A stretch of DNA of 64,000 nt from Lachnospiraceae bacterium. GTDB taxonomy: Bacteria > Bacillota > Clostridia > Lachnospirales > Lachnospiraceae. Under the pieces are notes generated by a model. It was not told the origin of the DNA. It made no database searches and worked only from the letters and a program-made list of their open reading frames with translations. Both the position numbers and the translations under genes were made by a program. The stretch lies in the NCBI GenBank assembly GCA_036307185.1, contig JAXJYC010000020.1:6284-70283 (forward strand), read 5' to 3'. Positions 27,523 through 37,227 of this stretch are shown here, one piece after another. Positions within the stretch are counted from its first letter, which is position 1; the number at the start of each line of letters is the position of its first letter.

Positions 27523-28497
27523 TACAATGCACCTCCAAAATCTTTCTCTTCTTTGTAGAATTTCATAAAGTAATCCTCTAAGGTTTCTTTACGGTTGCTA
27601 AAGGAACGTATCTCAAGGGAAGATAAGAGATTAATCAGTTCGTTTAGGTCATCATCTTCAATGGAAAGATCAATACTGTACTTGCTTTCAGTGTTCAGAG
27701 TATAAGAGGCAAGTTTTTGACTTTCCATTTTGAATTGTTCTTTTGACTGGCAGTTTTCGAAGAGTATGGTGTAATATTTGCGGGAGGCATGCTTCAAATC
27801 ATTTGCCACAAATTCAGATACGATCTTGCCGTCTTTTATAATTGCAATACGATCGTGCAAATGTCGAGTCAATTTCTGAGAAAATGTGACTAGAAAGCAA
27901 GATTGTCTTTCCGCGTGATTTTTCTTTGTGTATAAATTGTATGAAAGTTTCTTGCATAACCGGATCCAATCCGCTGGTAGGTTCGTCCAATATGAGTACA
28001 TCTGGATCAGACATAAATGCTGTCACGATAGCTAGCTTTCGCTTTACGCCGAGACTCATTCGTTTTGTTTCACCACGCAGAACAGTATCTTCCAGTTCAA
28101 ACATTGCCAACATCTCATTCAGTTTCTGTTCATTGTGGATCTTTTGCATATCCTGCATCATTCGGATGAATTCCCATCCGGTTAGTCCAGCAGGAAGCGC
28201 GATTTCTCCTGGGATATAACCCACACGGTTCAATATCTTATCGTAATTTCGAAAAGTTTCTTCTCCTAAAATCTTTGTGTTGCCTTTATCAGGTTTTGAA
28301 AATCCCATTAAATGTCGGATGGTTGTTGATTTTCCAGCACCATTGGGACCTAAAAAACCGAAGACCTCACCTTTATCAACATGGATACTGACATCAAATA
28401 CACCTCGTCCGAACCCATAGTCTTTTGTTAAACCAGAGGTCTCAATGATGTGGCTGGTATCGGCACATAGATTTGTTTTCTTCTCCATAGATATCAT
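27522..28497 (-). pseudogene. ABC transporter ATP-binding protein interrupted by a single frameshift
   Basis: ORF 27814-28497 carries Walker A GPNGAGKST, signature MSLGVKRK and Walker B LILDEPTSGLD, and ends ..HIFSEIDSTFARSYCNYKRRQDRI-stop. The overlapping ORF 27522-28001 reads ..HDRIAIIKDGKIVSEF.. in another frame. The frame switch lies at ~27850-27872. Confidence 0.7.
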
Positions 28498-28513
28498 AAC
28501 TCCTTTCTGCTTT

Positions 28514-28615
28514 TTGACAGTGTTGACATTTGAACAGTGTTAAATTATAATATTTCCGTAAAGAATAAGAAAGAACAATAAGTTGGGCATTGTTCAAATT
28601 TGTACAATGTTCAAA
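28514..28615. promoter_or_regulatory. Divergent control region: consensus promoter plus three copies of the 11-mer CANTGTTCAAA
   Basis: TTGACA (28523-28528), 17 nt, TATAAT (28546-28551) on the plus strand. The motif occurs at 28529-28539 (inverted, inside the spacer), 28588-28598 and 28605-28615. Confidence 0.6.
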
Positions 28616-28643
28616 AAAATGTATATTTTATGAAAGGTAAGTT

Positions 28644-29219
28644 ATGAAGGTACAAAATTTGAACAAATCCTCAATGAAAACAAGGCAACTTATAAAGAAA
28701 GTATTTGCGGAAATGCTTTCTGAGAAAAAAGAACTGGGAAAAATATCGGTCAGTGAGCTATGTAAGCGTGCGGATATCAGCCGAGGCTCATTTTATTCCC
28801 ATTATGATGATATATACGGTGTGGCAGAGGAGTATGAGAATGAGATGATAGACACTTTCTTTGACAATGCACGTTTATTTGAATCCCAGGACATTATGCA
28901 TTTTATTGACTCTATTTTTGAGTTTATCCGTCAGAATCATGAAAATTATCGTTTACTGTGCAAATCCAACGATTTTTTATTTGCGGCAAAAAAATTAGCG
29001 GCTATCGCTTCGAACAAGTTGTTGGAGCTCTCTCGTAATAACAGCTGGATTCAGGAACGCACATATATTGAATTGGATTTGCAGATCTTTTTGGAAGGAT
29101 TGCTTTGTGAATACGTGAAATATTGCAGAGGATATTCCTCTACAACGCTAGATGACCTTTACGAGTATACGAAGTATTGGGCAAAGAATTTCATTACCTT
29201 GAGATCGAAGCAATTATAA
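28644..29219 (+). CDS. TetR/AcrR family transcriptional regulator
   Basis: 191 aa. N-terminal HTH ISVSELCKRADISRGSFYSHYDDIYGV. Divergent from the ABC operon. Confidence 0.85.
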   Translation: MKVQNLNKSSMKTRQLIKKVFAEMLSEKKELGKISVSELCKRADISRGSFYSHYDDIYGVAEEYENEMIDTFFDNARLFESQDIMHFIDSIFEFIRQNHENYRLLCKSNDFLFAAKKLAAIASNKLLELSRNNSWIQERTYIELDLQIFLEGLLCEYVKYCRGYSSTTLDDLYEYTKYWAKNFITLRSKQL

Positions 29220-29357
29220 AATTATGAGTATAAATAAATCATGAAAATAGGTTTGTCAACATCGTCAAAATCAGTTGCAATTTGCCTAACTAATGTGATA
29301 ATATTACTAGAATAGCGATAATAATATTAAAATGCGCTTTATAATTAGGAGAAAGAT

Positions 29358-29771
29358 ATGATAAATCAAGAAAAAGTGGCACTTATGACTAAGCTTGCTG
29401 CATATGAAGAAGGACAAGGAAAAAAGGATATACCACAGAGTAAGTATTATAGAGAAGACTATATTAGCTTAAAGCTGATCAATACAGCGATAGTGGTTAC
29501 ACTGGCTTATATATTGGTGCTAGCTATGGTGGTTTTTGTCAATGTTGAAAAGATGATGACACAGATTGCTACTATGGATTTTGTTAAGCTTGGAAAAACA
29601 GTTCTTACCTATTATATAGTGATAATGGTTGTGTATATGGTTATTTCATATATTGTATATACTGTTAAATTCAAGAGAGTAAGAGCAAATCTTAATGAAT
29701 ATAACGGAAATCTTAAGAAGCTATACGCAATATATAAGGAAGAAGAAATAGTTGAGAAGCGAGGAAATTAA
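29358..29771 (+). CDS. Hypothetical membrane protein
   Basis: 137 aa. Two hydrophobic helices. RBS aggaga. Preceded by TTGCAA, 16 nt, TGtGATAAT. Confidence 0.5.
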   Translation: MINQEKVALMTKLAAYEEGQGKKDIPQSKYYREDYISLKLINTAIVVTLAYILVLAMVVFVNVEKMMTQIATMDFVKLGKTVLTYYIVIMVVYMVISYIVYTVKFKRVRANLNEYNGNLKKLYAIYKEEEIVEKRGN

Positions 29772-29773
29772 TT

Positions 29774-30718
29774 ATGCATAAAATATTAGAGCTTAGAGAA
29801 ACATATAGATTATTATATAGTAAGTACTCTATGTATATAGAGGCGGTTATAAAGTTTGTTGTGGCATTAATAGCACTTATAGTTATCAATTCATATGTAG
29901 GAGCTTTTGCGATTCTTAAGAATCCATTAGTGGTTATACTTATATCACTCGTGTGTGCGGTGTTGCCAAAGACATTATCGGCTATGCTTGTAATGCTTAC
30001 TATAGTGGGACACATGTTTGCTATATCCATAGAGGTAGCGCTTATTGTTTTGGTTATGTTTATAGTAATGTATTTGCTATTCTTTAGATTTACATCTAAG
30101 GAGAGTGCAGTGCTAGTTATTATGCCTATATTATGTGCTATTGGCGTTCCATATATTATGCCTATAATATTAGGACTTGTAGCATCACCAGTATCAGCTG
30201 TTTCACTTATTTTTGGAACATTAGTATATTTTATATTAAGCTTTTTTGGTAGTGATTTTGAAAATATCGTTGCAATTGCTAAAGATGATGGATTTGAAGT
30301 TCTTTCTATGTTTATAGAAAAAGTAATGAAGAATATGGCGTTTTATTACTGTATTATAGCGCTTGTAGTGGTATTAGTATTAGTATATGTACTTAAGAGA
30401 TTATCTATGGATTACTCATGGATAATTGCGGTATGTGCAGGTGGCGGTATTCAGATAATAGTATTCATAGTAGGATGTTTTATGTTTGATATGAGCCTTT
30501 TCTGTGGCATATTATCAGTGATTTTAGGTGGATTATTAACAGTTGTGATAGCATGGCTTTTACAGTTTTTCCTTCATTCAGTTGATTATACAAAGGCTGA
30601 AAAGGTACAGTTTGAGGATGATGACTATTACTATTATGTAAAGGCAGTACCAAAGATTAAGGTGGCTGCTCCAGCAAAGAAGAAACCTGTAAAAAGGAAA
30701 ATGAAGGTAGAAAAGTAA
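29774..30718 (+). CDS. Hypothetical polytopic membrane protein
   Basis: 314 aa. About 8 hydrophobic helices and a Lys-rich tail. Starts 2 nt after the upstream stop. Confidence 0.5.
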   Translation: MHKILELRETYRLLYSKYSMYIEAVIKFVVALIALIVINSYVGAFAILKNPLVVILISLVCAVLPKTLSAMLVMLTIVGHMFAISIEVALIVLVMFIVMYLLFFRFTSKESAVLVIMPILCAIGVPYIMPIILGLVASPVSAVSLIFGTLVYFILSFFGSDFENIVAIAKDDGFEVLSMFIEKVMKNMAFYYCIIALVVVLVLVYVLKRLSMDYSWIIAVCAGGGIQIIVFIVGCFMFDMSLFCGILSVILGGLLTVVIAWLLQFFLHSVDYTKAEKVQFEDDDYYYYVKAVPKIKVAAPAKKKPVKRKMKVEK

Positions 30719-30728
30719 GGAGAACACA

Positions 30729-31604
30729 ATGTTTGAGAACATAAGTAAATTCTTAGACAAGTATATACCGGTAAAGTTTGGAATCACAGATGCTGTGGAG
30801 ATAATTATTTTAGCCATAGCGTTTTATGAGGTCATGATTTGGATTAGGAGGACAAAGGCATGGATACTATTAAAAGGTATCGTAGCGATTATTGTCTTTA
30901 TGCTTATTGCGTCTATTTTTAATCTAGACACCATATTATGGATTATTAAGAATGTACTTAGTGTGGGAGTTTTAGCCCTTGTTATCATCTTCCAACCAGA
31001 GCTTAGAAAGGCCCTAGAGCAGATAGGTAAGAAGAATATATTTTCAAATATTTTATTACCAGATAGTGGCAAGAAAGTGCATGAACGTTTCTCAGACAAA
31101 ACTATAAATGAATTTGTTAAAGCGGCAGCAGAGCTAGGCAGAACAAAGACAGGTGCCCTGATTGTTATAGAGCAGGAGTACAGCCTAGCTGAATATATTA
31201 GAACAGGAATAGATGTAGATGCTATGATAAGCAGTCAGTTACTTATCAATATATTTGAGCATAATACACCACTTCATGATGGTGCTGTAATCGTGAAGGG
31301 CAATAGAATTGTTTCGGCTACATGTTATCTTCCATTATCGGAAAATATGGAGCTAAGCAAGGATTTAGGAACAAGACACAGAGCGGCTGTGGGTATTTCC
31401 GAAAATACAGATGCGTTTACAATTATCGTATCAGAGGAAACTGGTAAGATATCAGTTACTGAGGGCGGTAATCTATATAGAAATATTAGCGGTGATGAGC
31501 TTAAGAATATGCTTATCAAGGTACAAGACAAAACAGTAGAGACAAAGGGATACTTCAAGAATTTGAGAGGAAAGCGAAAGAATGAGAAAAAAGCTAACCA
31601 ATAA
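30729..31604 (+). CDS. cdaA: Diadenylate cyclase CdaA
   Basis: 291 aa. Three N-terminal TM helices and a DAC domain: TGALIVIEQE, HDGAVIV, LGTRHRAAVGISENTDAFTIIVSEETG. Confidence 0.9.
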   Translation: MFENISKFLDKYIPVKFGITDAVEIIILAIAFYEVMIWIRRTKAWILLKGIVAIIVFMLIASIFNLDTILWIIKNVLSVGVLALVIIFQPELRKALEQIGKKNIFSNILLPDSGKKVHERFSDKTINEFVKAAAELGRTKTGALIVIEQEYSLAEYIRTGIDVDAMISSQLLINIFEHNTPLHDGAVIVKGNRIVSATCYLPLSENMELSKDLGTRHRAAVGISENTDAFTIIVSEETGKISVTEGGNLYRNISGDELKNMLIKVQDKTVETKGYFKNLRGKRKNEKKANQ

Positions 31605-32991
31605 TATAAGTTTGAAAATTTTATCCGTATTTCTAGCGATTATGTTATGGCTTGTGGTAATTAATGTTAGCGATCCAGAGAAGACAAGTACAATCAGTAA
31701 TATACCTATAACTATTATCAATGAAGATGCCATCACAGGGCAGGAAAAGGTATATGAGATAGTATCTGGTGCGAAGGCAAGCGTTCAGGTTACAGGGCCA
31801 AGAACAATTATAGATTCACTAGATTCTAAGAGCTTTAGAGCTACAGCAGACTTATCAGAACTATCTATGACAGGAGCAGTAGCTGTAAATGTAGAGCTAG
31901 TTAAGCCGGCATATAGAAGTAAGGTAGATATAGACGTTAAGACAACTATGAAGGTTGCTGTGGAGGATTTGCTACACAAGGAATTTACAGCAGAGGTTTC
32001 TGACAAGGGTAATCTAGCAGAGGGCTATGTTATATTTGGAAGACAGATGGAAGAGAGCCTAGTTGAAGTAGTAGCGCCAGAGTCTGTTATGGCAACTATC
32101 AATAAAGTATGTGTAGTTGTAGATATGACAGGAGCTAAGGAAGACTTTTCGGTAAATGCTAAGTTCCAGGCATATGATAATAGAGGAACAGTTATCAATG
32201 CAGAGAAGAACAACATTAAATTTAGCATACCAGAAACTAGAGTGGATATAACTGTTTATCCAGTTAAACAGATTCCATTTGTGTATGAGATAGACAGTGA
32301 AAAATATCCAGAAGCAATTATTACAGCTGTAAATATAAGTAGGGAAAACCTAATGATTGTGGGCAAGAAAGAAAATCTAGATATGATAAATGAAATAGTA
32401 CTAGATACATCTAGCCTAGAAATTAATAGAGATACCACTTCATATGAGTTGAATTATGTCCTAAAGGATTTATTGCCAGATGGCGTATATGTGTATGGAG
32501 AGGATAAGACAGTAAGTATAAAGGTGGAGACAGACTCAGTTATAACTAAGTCGTTTAGCGTGCCTGTTAATGATATTGCTATAAAGTCTCTAGGTGATGG
32601 CCTAAGTGCAGCGCATGAGACAACAGGAAATATTACTTATACACTAAAGGGTAGAAAGAGCCTGCTAGACAGCTTTACAGTGGAGGAAAATCCACTATTC
32701 GTATCCACAAAGAATCTAGGTATAGGTGATTATAGACTAGAGGTACTTATGGATCTAGAAGAAGGTTTAGAACTAGTGCAGCCTGTATTTGTTCAGGTTA
32801 AGATACTAGAAAAACAAAGACCTGCAGAGAGTGGTTCTAACGAGAATAATAGTTCAACTGTAAGTACTACACCAACAACTAGTACACAGTCTAGTAGTCA
32901 GACCTCAGGAACCACTACTCCAACAGAAACTACTCCAGTAGAAACTACTACTAAAACACCAGAGGATGTTCCAGCAGATGGAGGCGTATAA
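31582..32991 (+). CDS. cdaR: CdaR (YbbR-domain) regulator of CdaA with a Ser/Thr-rich tail
   Basis: 469 aa. N-terminal TM and repeated YbbR-like beta modules. Overlaps the cdaA 3' end by 23 nt, the canonical position. Confidence 0.75.
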   Translation: MRKKLTNNISLKILSVFLAIMLWLVVINVSDPEKTSTISNIPITIINEDAITGQEKVYEIVSGAKASVQVTGPRTIIDSLDSKSFRATADLSELSMTGAVAVNVELVKPAYRSKVDIDVKTTMKVAVEDLLHKEFTAEVSDKGNLAEGYVIFGRQMEESLVEVVAPESVMATINKVCVVVDMTGAKEDFSVNAKFQAYDNRGTVINAEKNNIKFSIPETRVDITVYPVKQIPFVYEIDSEKYPEAIITAVNISRENLMIVGKKENLDMINEIVLDTSSLEINRDTTSYELNYVLKDLLPDGVYVYGEDKTVSIKVETDSVITKSFSVPVNDIAIKSLGDGLSAAHETTGNITYTLKGRKSLLDSFTVEENPLFVSTKNLGIGDYRLEVLMDLEEGLELVQPVFVQVKILEKQRPAESGSNENNSSTVSTTPTTSTQSSSQTSGTTTPTETTPVETTTKTPEDVPADGGV

Positions 32992-32993
32992 AA

Positions 32994-33266
32994 ATGATTA
33001 CAGGGCAGATTAAGATAAGGGATATGTCTAGTTTGCATTTGAGACCAGCTACACAGCTTAGTAAGGTGGCTTGCAAGTATAAAAGTAGTATAAAGCTTTT
33101 ATCAGGCAGTACGGTGGCAAATGTTAAGAGCATTATCAGTCTTCTAGGAGCTTGCGTTAAGTTTGGCGAAGTAGTAGAGCTAAGCTGTGAGGGAGAGGAT
33201 GAGATGGTAGCCTTTGAAATGATAAAAGGGATGCTAGAAGGTTCTGATGAATTTGATGAACAGTAG
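32994..33266 (+). CDS. HPr-family phosphocarrier protein
   Basis: 90 aa. LHLRPA (His15 context) and VKSIISLLG (Ser46 context). Confidence 0.75.
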   Translation: MITGQIKIRDMSSLHLRPATQLSKVACKYKSSIKLLSGSTVANVKSIISLLGACVKFGEVVELSCEGEDEMVAFEMIKGMLEGSDEFDEQ

Positions 33267-33321
33267 GGAAATGTTGAATTCTTAGAGAATATAAAAGATA
33301 TATGAGAGTGAGGAAGATATT

Positions 33322-35010
33322 ATGTTAAATTTTAAGAGATATAGAAGAAATCCAGTGGTAAATTACCCAGAGAGAGAATGGCCAAACAAGGAAATCGAAA
33401 AGGCTCCTATCTGGTGTTCAGTAGACTTAAGAGATGGTAATCAGGCACTTATCGAGCCAATGGTAGTTGAGGAAAAAATTGAGTTCTTTAACTTACTTGT
33501 TAAGCTTGGTTTTAAGGAGATTGAGGTTGGTTTCCCAGCTGCATCACAGATAGAGTTTGATTTCTTAAGACAGCTTGTAGATAGAAAGCTTATTCCAGAT
33601 GATGTAAAGATTCAGGTACTTGTACAGTGTAGAGAGCACCTTATCAAGAGAACATTTGAAGCATTAGAGGGAATTAAGCAGGCAGTAGTTCATATTTATA
33701 ATTCTACATCTACACTCCAGAGAGATGTTGTATTTAACAAGAATAGAGAAGAAATCAAGCAGATCGCTATCGAGGGAACTCGTATGGTTAAGGAATATGT
33801 GAAGGATTTCAAGGGTAAGATATTCCTTGAGTACTCACCAGAGAGCTTTACAGGAACAGAGCTTGATTATGCGTTAGAAGTATGTACTGCAGTTCAGAAG
33901 GAGTGGGGAGCTACAAAGGAAAATCCTATTATCTTCAACCTTCCAGCTACTGTAGAGATGAATACACCAAATGTATACGCAGATCAGATTGAGTGGATGG
34001 ATAAGCATTTTGAAGATAGAGAGAGCATTATCTTAAGTGTACACCCACATAACGATAGAGGAACAGGCGTGGCAGCAGCAGAGCTTGCACTTTTAGCAGG
34101 TGCTGACAGAGTAGAGGGAACACTTTTTGGAAATGGTGAGAGAACAGGTAACGTAGACGTAACAACTATCGCTTACAATATGTTCTCACAGGGAATTAAT
34201 CCAGAACTTAACCTTGAAAATGTAAATGAATTAATCGAAGTATATGAAAGATGCTGTAAGATGCCTGTAAGCATGAGACATCCATATGCTGGTAAGCTTG
34301 TATTCACAGCATTTTCAGGTTCACATCAGGATGCTATCAACAAGGGTATCACAGCTATGAAGGAAAGAGAGCAGGAGCATTGGGAGGTTCCATATCTTCC
34401 AATTGACCCAAGTGATGTAGGTCGTGATTACGAGCCAATCGTAAGAATCAATAGCCAGTCAGGTAAGGGTGGCGTTGCCTTCGTTATGGATACATATTTT
34501 GGTTACAAGCTTCCAAAGGGAATGCATAAGGAGTTTGCAGATGTAATCCAGAAGATTGCAGAAGCACAGGGTGAAGTATCGCCAGATACAATTATGGATA
34601 AGTTCCGTGAGGAGTACATAACATATAAGACAGATAAGGAATACCCATTTGAGTTCACATCATGTAAGATTTCAGATGTGGATGACAACGATGAGGCAGG
34701 AGATACACTCGCTAAGCTTACATTCAAGTATAAGGGCGAGGAGAAGTATGTTGAGATGGTTGGTAATGGACCAATCGATGCTGTTAAGAAGGCAATCGAG
34801 GAGACAACAGGCGTTAAGTTTAAGCTTGCAGATTACTCACAGCATGCACTTTCAGATGGTTCGCAGGCCATGGCGGCAGCATACTTTAACTGCATCGATT
34901 TAGAGACAGGAAAGACATCTTATGGTGTTGGACAGAGTGCGAATATTACAAGAGCTTCTATTAGAGCTGTGTTCTCGGCACTCAATAGATTGGATAGAAT
35001 AAGTAAATAG
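33322..35010 (+). CDS. leuA: 2-isopropylmalate synthase (long LeuA type)
   Basis: 562 aa. WCSVDLRDGNQAL, HPHNDRGTGVA and GNGERTGN motifs. C-terminal LeuA dimerisation/regulatory domain. Confidence 0.9.
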   Translation: MLNFKRYRRNPVVNYPEREWPNKEIEKAPIWCSVDLRDGNQALIEPMVVEEKIEFFNLLVKLGFKEIEVGFPAASQIEFDFLRQLVDRKLIPDDVKIQVLVQCREHLIKRTFEALEGIKQAVVHIYNSTSTLQRDVVFNKNREEIKQIAIEGTRMVKEYVKDFKGKIFLEYSPESFTGTELDYALEVCTAVQKEWGATKENPIIFNLPATVEMNTPNVYADQIEWMDKHFEDRESIILSVHPHNDRGTGVAAAELALLAGADRVEGTLFGNGERTGNVDVTTIAYNMFSQGINPELNLENVNELIEVYERCCKMPVSMRHPYAGKLVFTAFSGSHQDAINKGITAMKEREQEHWEVPYLPIDPSDVGRDYEPIVRINSQSGKGGVAFVMDTYFGYKLPKGMHKEFADVIQKIAEAQGEVSPDTIMDKFREEYITYKTDKEYPFEFTSCKISDVDDNDEAGDTLAKLTFKYKGEEKYVEMVGNGPIDAVKKAIEETTGVKFKLADYSQHALSDGSQAMAAAYFNCIDLETGKTSYGVGQSANITRASIRAVFSALNRLDRISK

Positions 35011-35094
35011 GACCTTATATATTGTTATGCTATGTTTTTTACATGCTTCAGATACTTGATTTTCTAAATACTTTGGGTAAGGTTGTGTGTGTAT

Positions 35095-35160
35095 GACGTG
35101 ACCGGCTCATACGCCCCGTCCATGGGGCGATTCGCCTTTTCCTAACGTCCTGTTAGGAAA
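35095..35160. other. GC-rich structured intergenic segment with two adjacent hairpins
   Basis: CGCCCCgtccatGGGGCG (35112-35129) and TTTCCTAACgtcctGTTAGGAAA (35138-35160). Confidence 0.5.
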
Positions 35161-35366
35161 TCACTGATATAGAACAAAGGATTAAGAAAATCTATATATC
35201 TTTCGCTACCGTAAAAATTCATAGATAAAATACTCATAAGGTCTATATATGTATTGAAATTATTTATTGAAGTCTAGAAGAAGTGGCTTATGTTAAGTGG
35301 TTTGAAATAAGGAAATTAGCTTAGAGAAGAAAAAATATTAGCTACGAAAATTTGTAGGAGGGAATT

Positions 35367-36392
35367 ATGGAAAAGAAAACAATTTTACTTGCTGGTGGTG
35401 CGGGTTATATTGCTAGCCACACTGCTATCGAGCTTATGGAGGCGGGTTATAATGTTATAAGTGCGGACTGCTACTACAATAGTAAGCCTGAGGTTTTTAA
35501 TAGAATCGAGAAGATTACTGGGGTTAGAGTTAAGAATTATGACATCGATGTATGTGATGTAGATGCTTTAGATAAGGTGTTTGCTGAGAATAGCATCGAT
35601 GCAGTAATTCACTTTGCGGGTTATAAGGCGGTTGGAGAGTCTGTGGCGAAGCCTATGATGTATTATGAGAATAATATGGATTCTACATTTAGTCTTGTGA
35701 AGGTTATGAAGAAGTATGGATGCCACAATATGGTATTTAGTTCTTCGGCTACTGTGTACGGTGTGCCTGAGAGTGTGCCTCTTGTAGAGACTATGCAGAC
35801 TGGTCCTTGTACAAATCCATATGGGTGGACTAAGCTTATGAACGAGCAGATTCTTATGGATGCAGCTAATGCAGATAAGGATATGTCAGTTGTATTGCTT
35901 AGATATTTTAATCCAGTAGGAGCACATAAGTCAGGACTTATTGGTGAAGATCCAACAGGAATACCAAACAACCTTATGCCATTTATTTCACAGGTGGCAG
36001 TAGGCAAGAGAGAATGCTTAAATGTATTCGGTGATGATTACAATACACCAGATGGTACAGGTGTACGTGATTATATCCATGTAGTAGATTTGGCAAAGGC
36101 TCATGTTAAGGCTATCGATTATGCTTTAGAGAATAAGGGTGCTGAGGTGTTTAATATCGGTACTGGAGTTGGCTATAGCGTACTTGACATGGTTAAGGCT
36201 TTTGAGAAGGCAAATGATATTAAGATTCCATATGTGATCGCACCAAGAAGACCAGGTGACATAGATGAGTGTTATGCTGATAGTAGCAAGGCAGCAAAGA
36301 TGCTTGGTTGGAAGGCAGAGAAGACATTGGAAGATATGTGTCAGGATACATGGAACTGGCAGAAGAATAATCCAAATGGATATGAGGCGTAA
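35367..36392 (+). CDS. galE: UDP-glucose 4-epimerase
   Basis: 341 aa. GGAGYIASH Rossmann motif, SSSATVYG, YGWTK catalytic Y-x-x-x-K. Confidence 0.9.
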   Translation: MEKKTILLAGGAGYIASHTAIELMEAGYNVISADCYYNSKPEVFNRIEKITGVRVKNYDIDVCDVDALDKVFAENSIDAVIHFAGYKAVGESVAKPMMYYENNMDSTFSLVKVMKKYGCHNMVFSSSATVYGVPESVPLVETMQTGPCTNPYGWTKLMNEQILMDAANADKDMSVVLLRYFNPVGAHKSGLIGEDPTGIPNNLMPFISQVAVGKRECLNVFGDDYNTPDGTGVRDYIHVVDLAKAHVKAIDYALENKGAEVFNIGTGVGYSVLDMVKAFEKANDIKIPYVIAPRRPGDIDECYADSSKAAKMLGWKAEKTLEDMCQDTWNWQKNNPNGYEA

Positions 36393-36439
36393 ATTCAATA
36401 GTTTGGGCTATTAATGTAGTATAACAGTAGATTAGATAG

Positions 36440-36486
36440 GCTATAAGATACTAAAATTATGAAAAATAGTATCTTATAGCTTTTTT
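36440..36486 (+). terminator. Intrinsic terminator after galE
   Basis: GCTATAAGATACT...AGTATCTTATAGC followed by TTTTTT. Confidence 0.8.
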
Positions 36487-36590
36487 ATTTGTATAGACTT
36501 CTAAAGATAATAATAAGATATAAGAATAGGTATAGTTTGGCTCTGAATTGCGCAATCTATCTGTATATAAATAAATGGAGGAATTAATCT

Positions 36591-37052
36591 ATGGGTGATA
36601 ATGGAGTTGTACAAAATCAAGTAACAGACGATACAGTGAAGCTACTGAGAGAGTGTGACGCAGGTATAAAGATGGGTATAGAATCTTTAAAGCAAGTCAC
36701 AGATTATGTGAAGGATTGCAAGTTAAAGGAAATGTTAAAGAAGAGTAGTGATAAGCATGAAAGTCTTCAGGATGAAGCCACAACAATGCTTCATGAATAT
36801 GGAGATGAGGGAAAGAATCCTAATCCAATGGCTAAAGGTATGTCATGGTTAAAAACTAGTATGAAGATGACTATGGATTCATCAGATGAGACAGTTGCGG
36901 ACCTTATGGTGGATGGTTGTAATATGGGAACTAAGTCGTTACACAAGTACCTTAATCAGTATAGTCACGCGACAGAGAGAGCAAAGAATCTAGTAAAGGC
37001 TGTGCTTAAGGAAGAAGAAGGATTGGCAGAGGGGTTAAGGGCGTATTTGTAA
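36591..37052 (+). CDS. Hypothetical helical protein
   Basis: 153 aa. RBS ggagga. Composition suggests a helical bundle. No family assigned. Confidence 0.5.
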   Translation: MGDNGVVQNQVTDDTVKLLRECDAGIKMGIESLKQVTDYVKDCKLKEMLKKSSDKHESLQDEATTMLHEYGDEGKNPNPMAKGMSWLKTSMKMTMDSSDETVADLMVDGCNMGTKSLHKYLNQYSHATERAKNLVKAVLKEEEGLAEGLRAYL

Positions 37053-37066
37053 TATGTTTTTTAAAA

Positions 37067-37107
37067 AAGAAGGATTGCTAAGGAATGTACCTAGCAATCC
37101 TTCTTTT
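37067..37107 (+). terminator. Intrinsic terminator
   Basis: AAGAAGGATTGCTA...TAGCAATCCTTCTT followed by TT. Confidence 0.8.
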
Positions 37108-37178
37108 GATTATGGGTAATTAATTTATAAATGCAGACAAATATTGAATAATTTTATAAAGTTAAAAAGAAAAAAAGC

Positions 37179-37210
37179 TTGCAAATATTACCTATAAGTA
37201 ATATTATAAT
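37179..37210 (+). promoter_or_regulatory. Promoter of the TAC operon with an embedded inverted repeat (candidate HigA operator)
   Basis: TTGCAA (37179-37184), 17 nt, TATTAT (37202-37207). ATATTAC-N6-GTAATAT (37185-37204) fills the spacer. Confidence 0.5.
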
Positions 37211-37227
37211 ACAAAGGAGGTTATATA

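Noticed and set aside
33267-33321. T-box or leucine leader upstream of leuA
   Set aside because: The spacer is only 55 nt, too short for a T-box or attenuator. leuA is probably read through from the HPr-like gene.
34649-34903. Same-strand alternative-frame ORFs (also 23091-23285, 47268-47561, 24951-25169, 26915-27193, 27926-28219)
   Set aside because: Embedded in other frames or on the opposite strand of recognised genes, with Arg/Ser-rich or otherwise implausible sequences.
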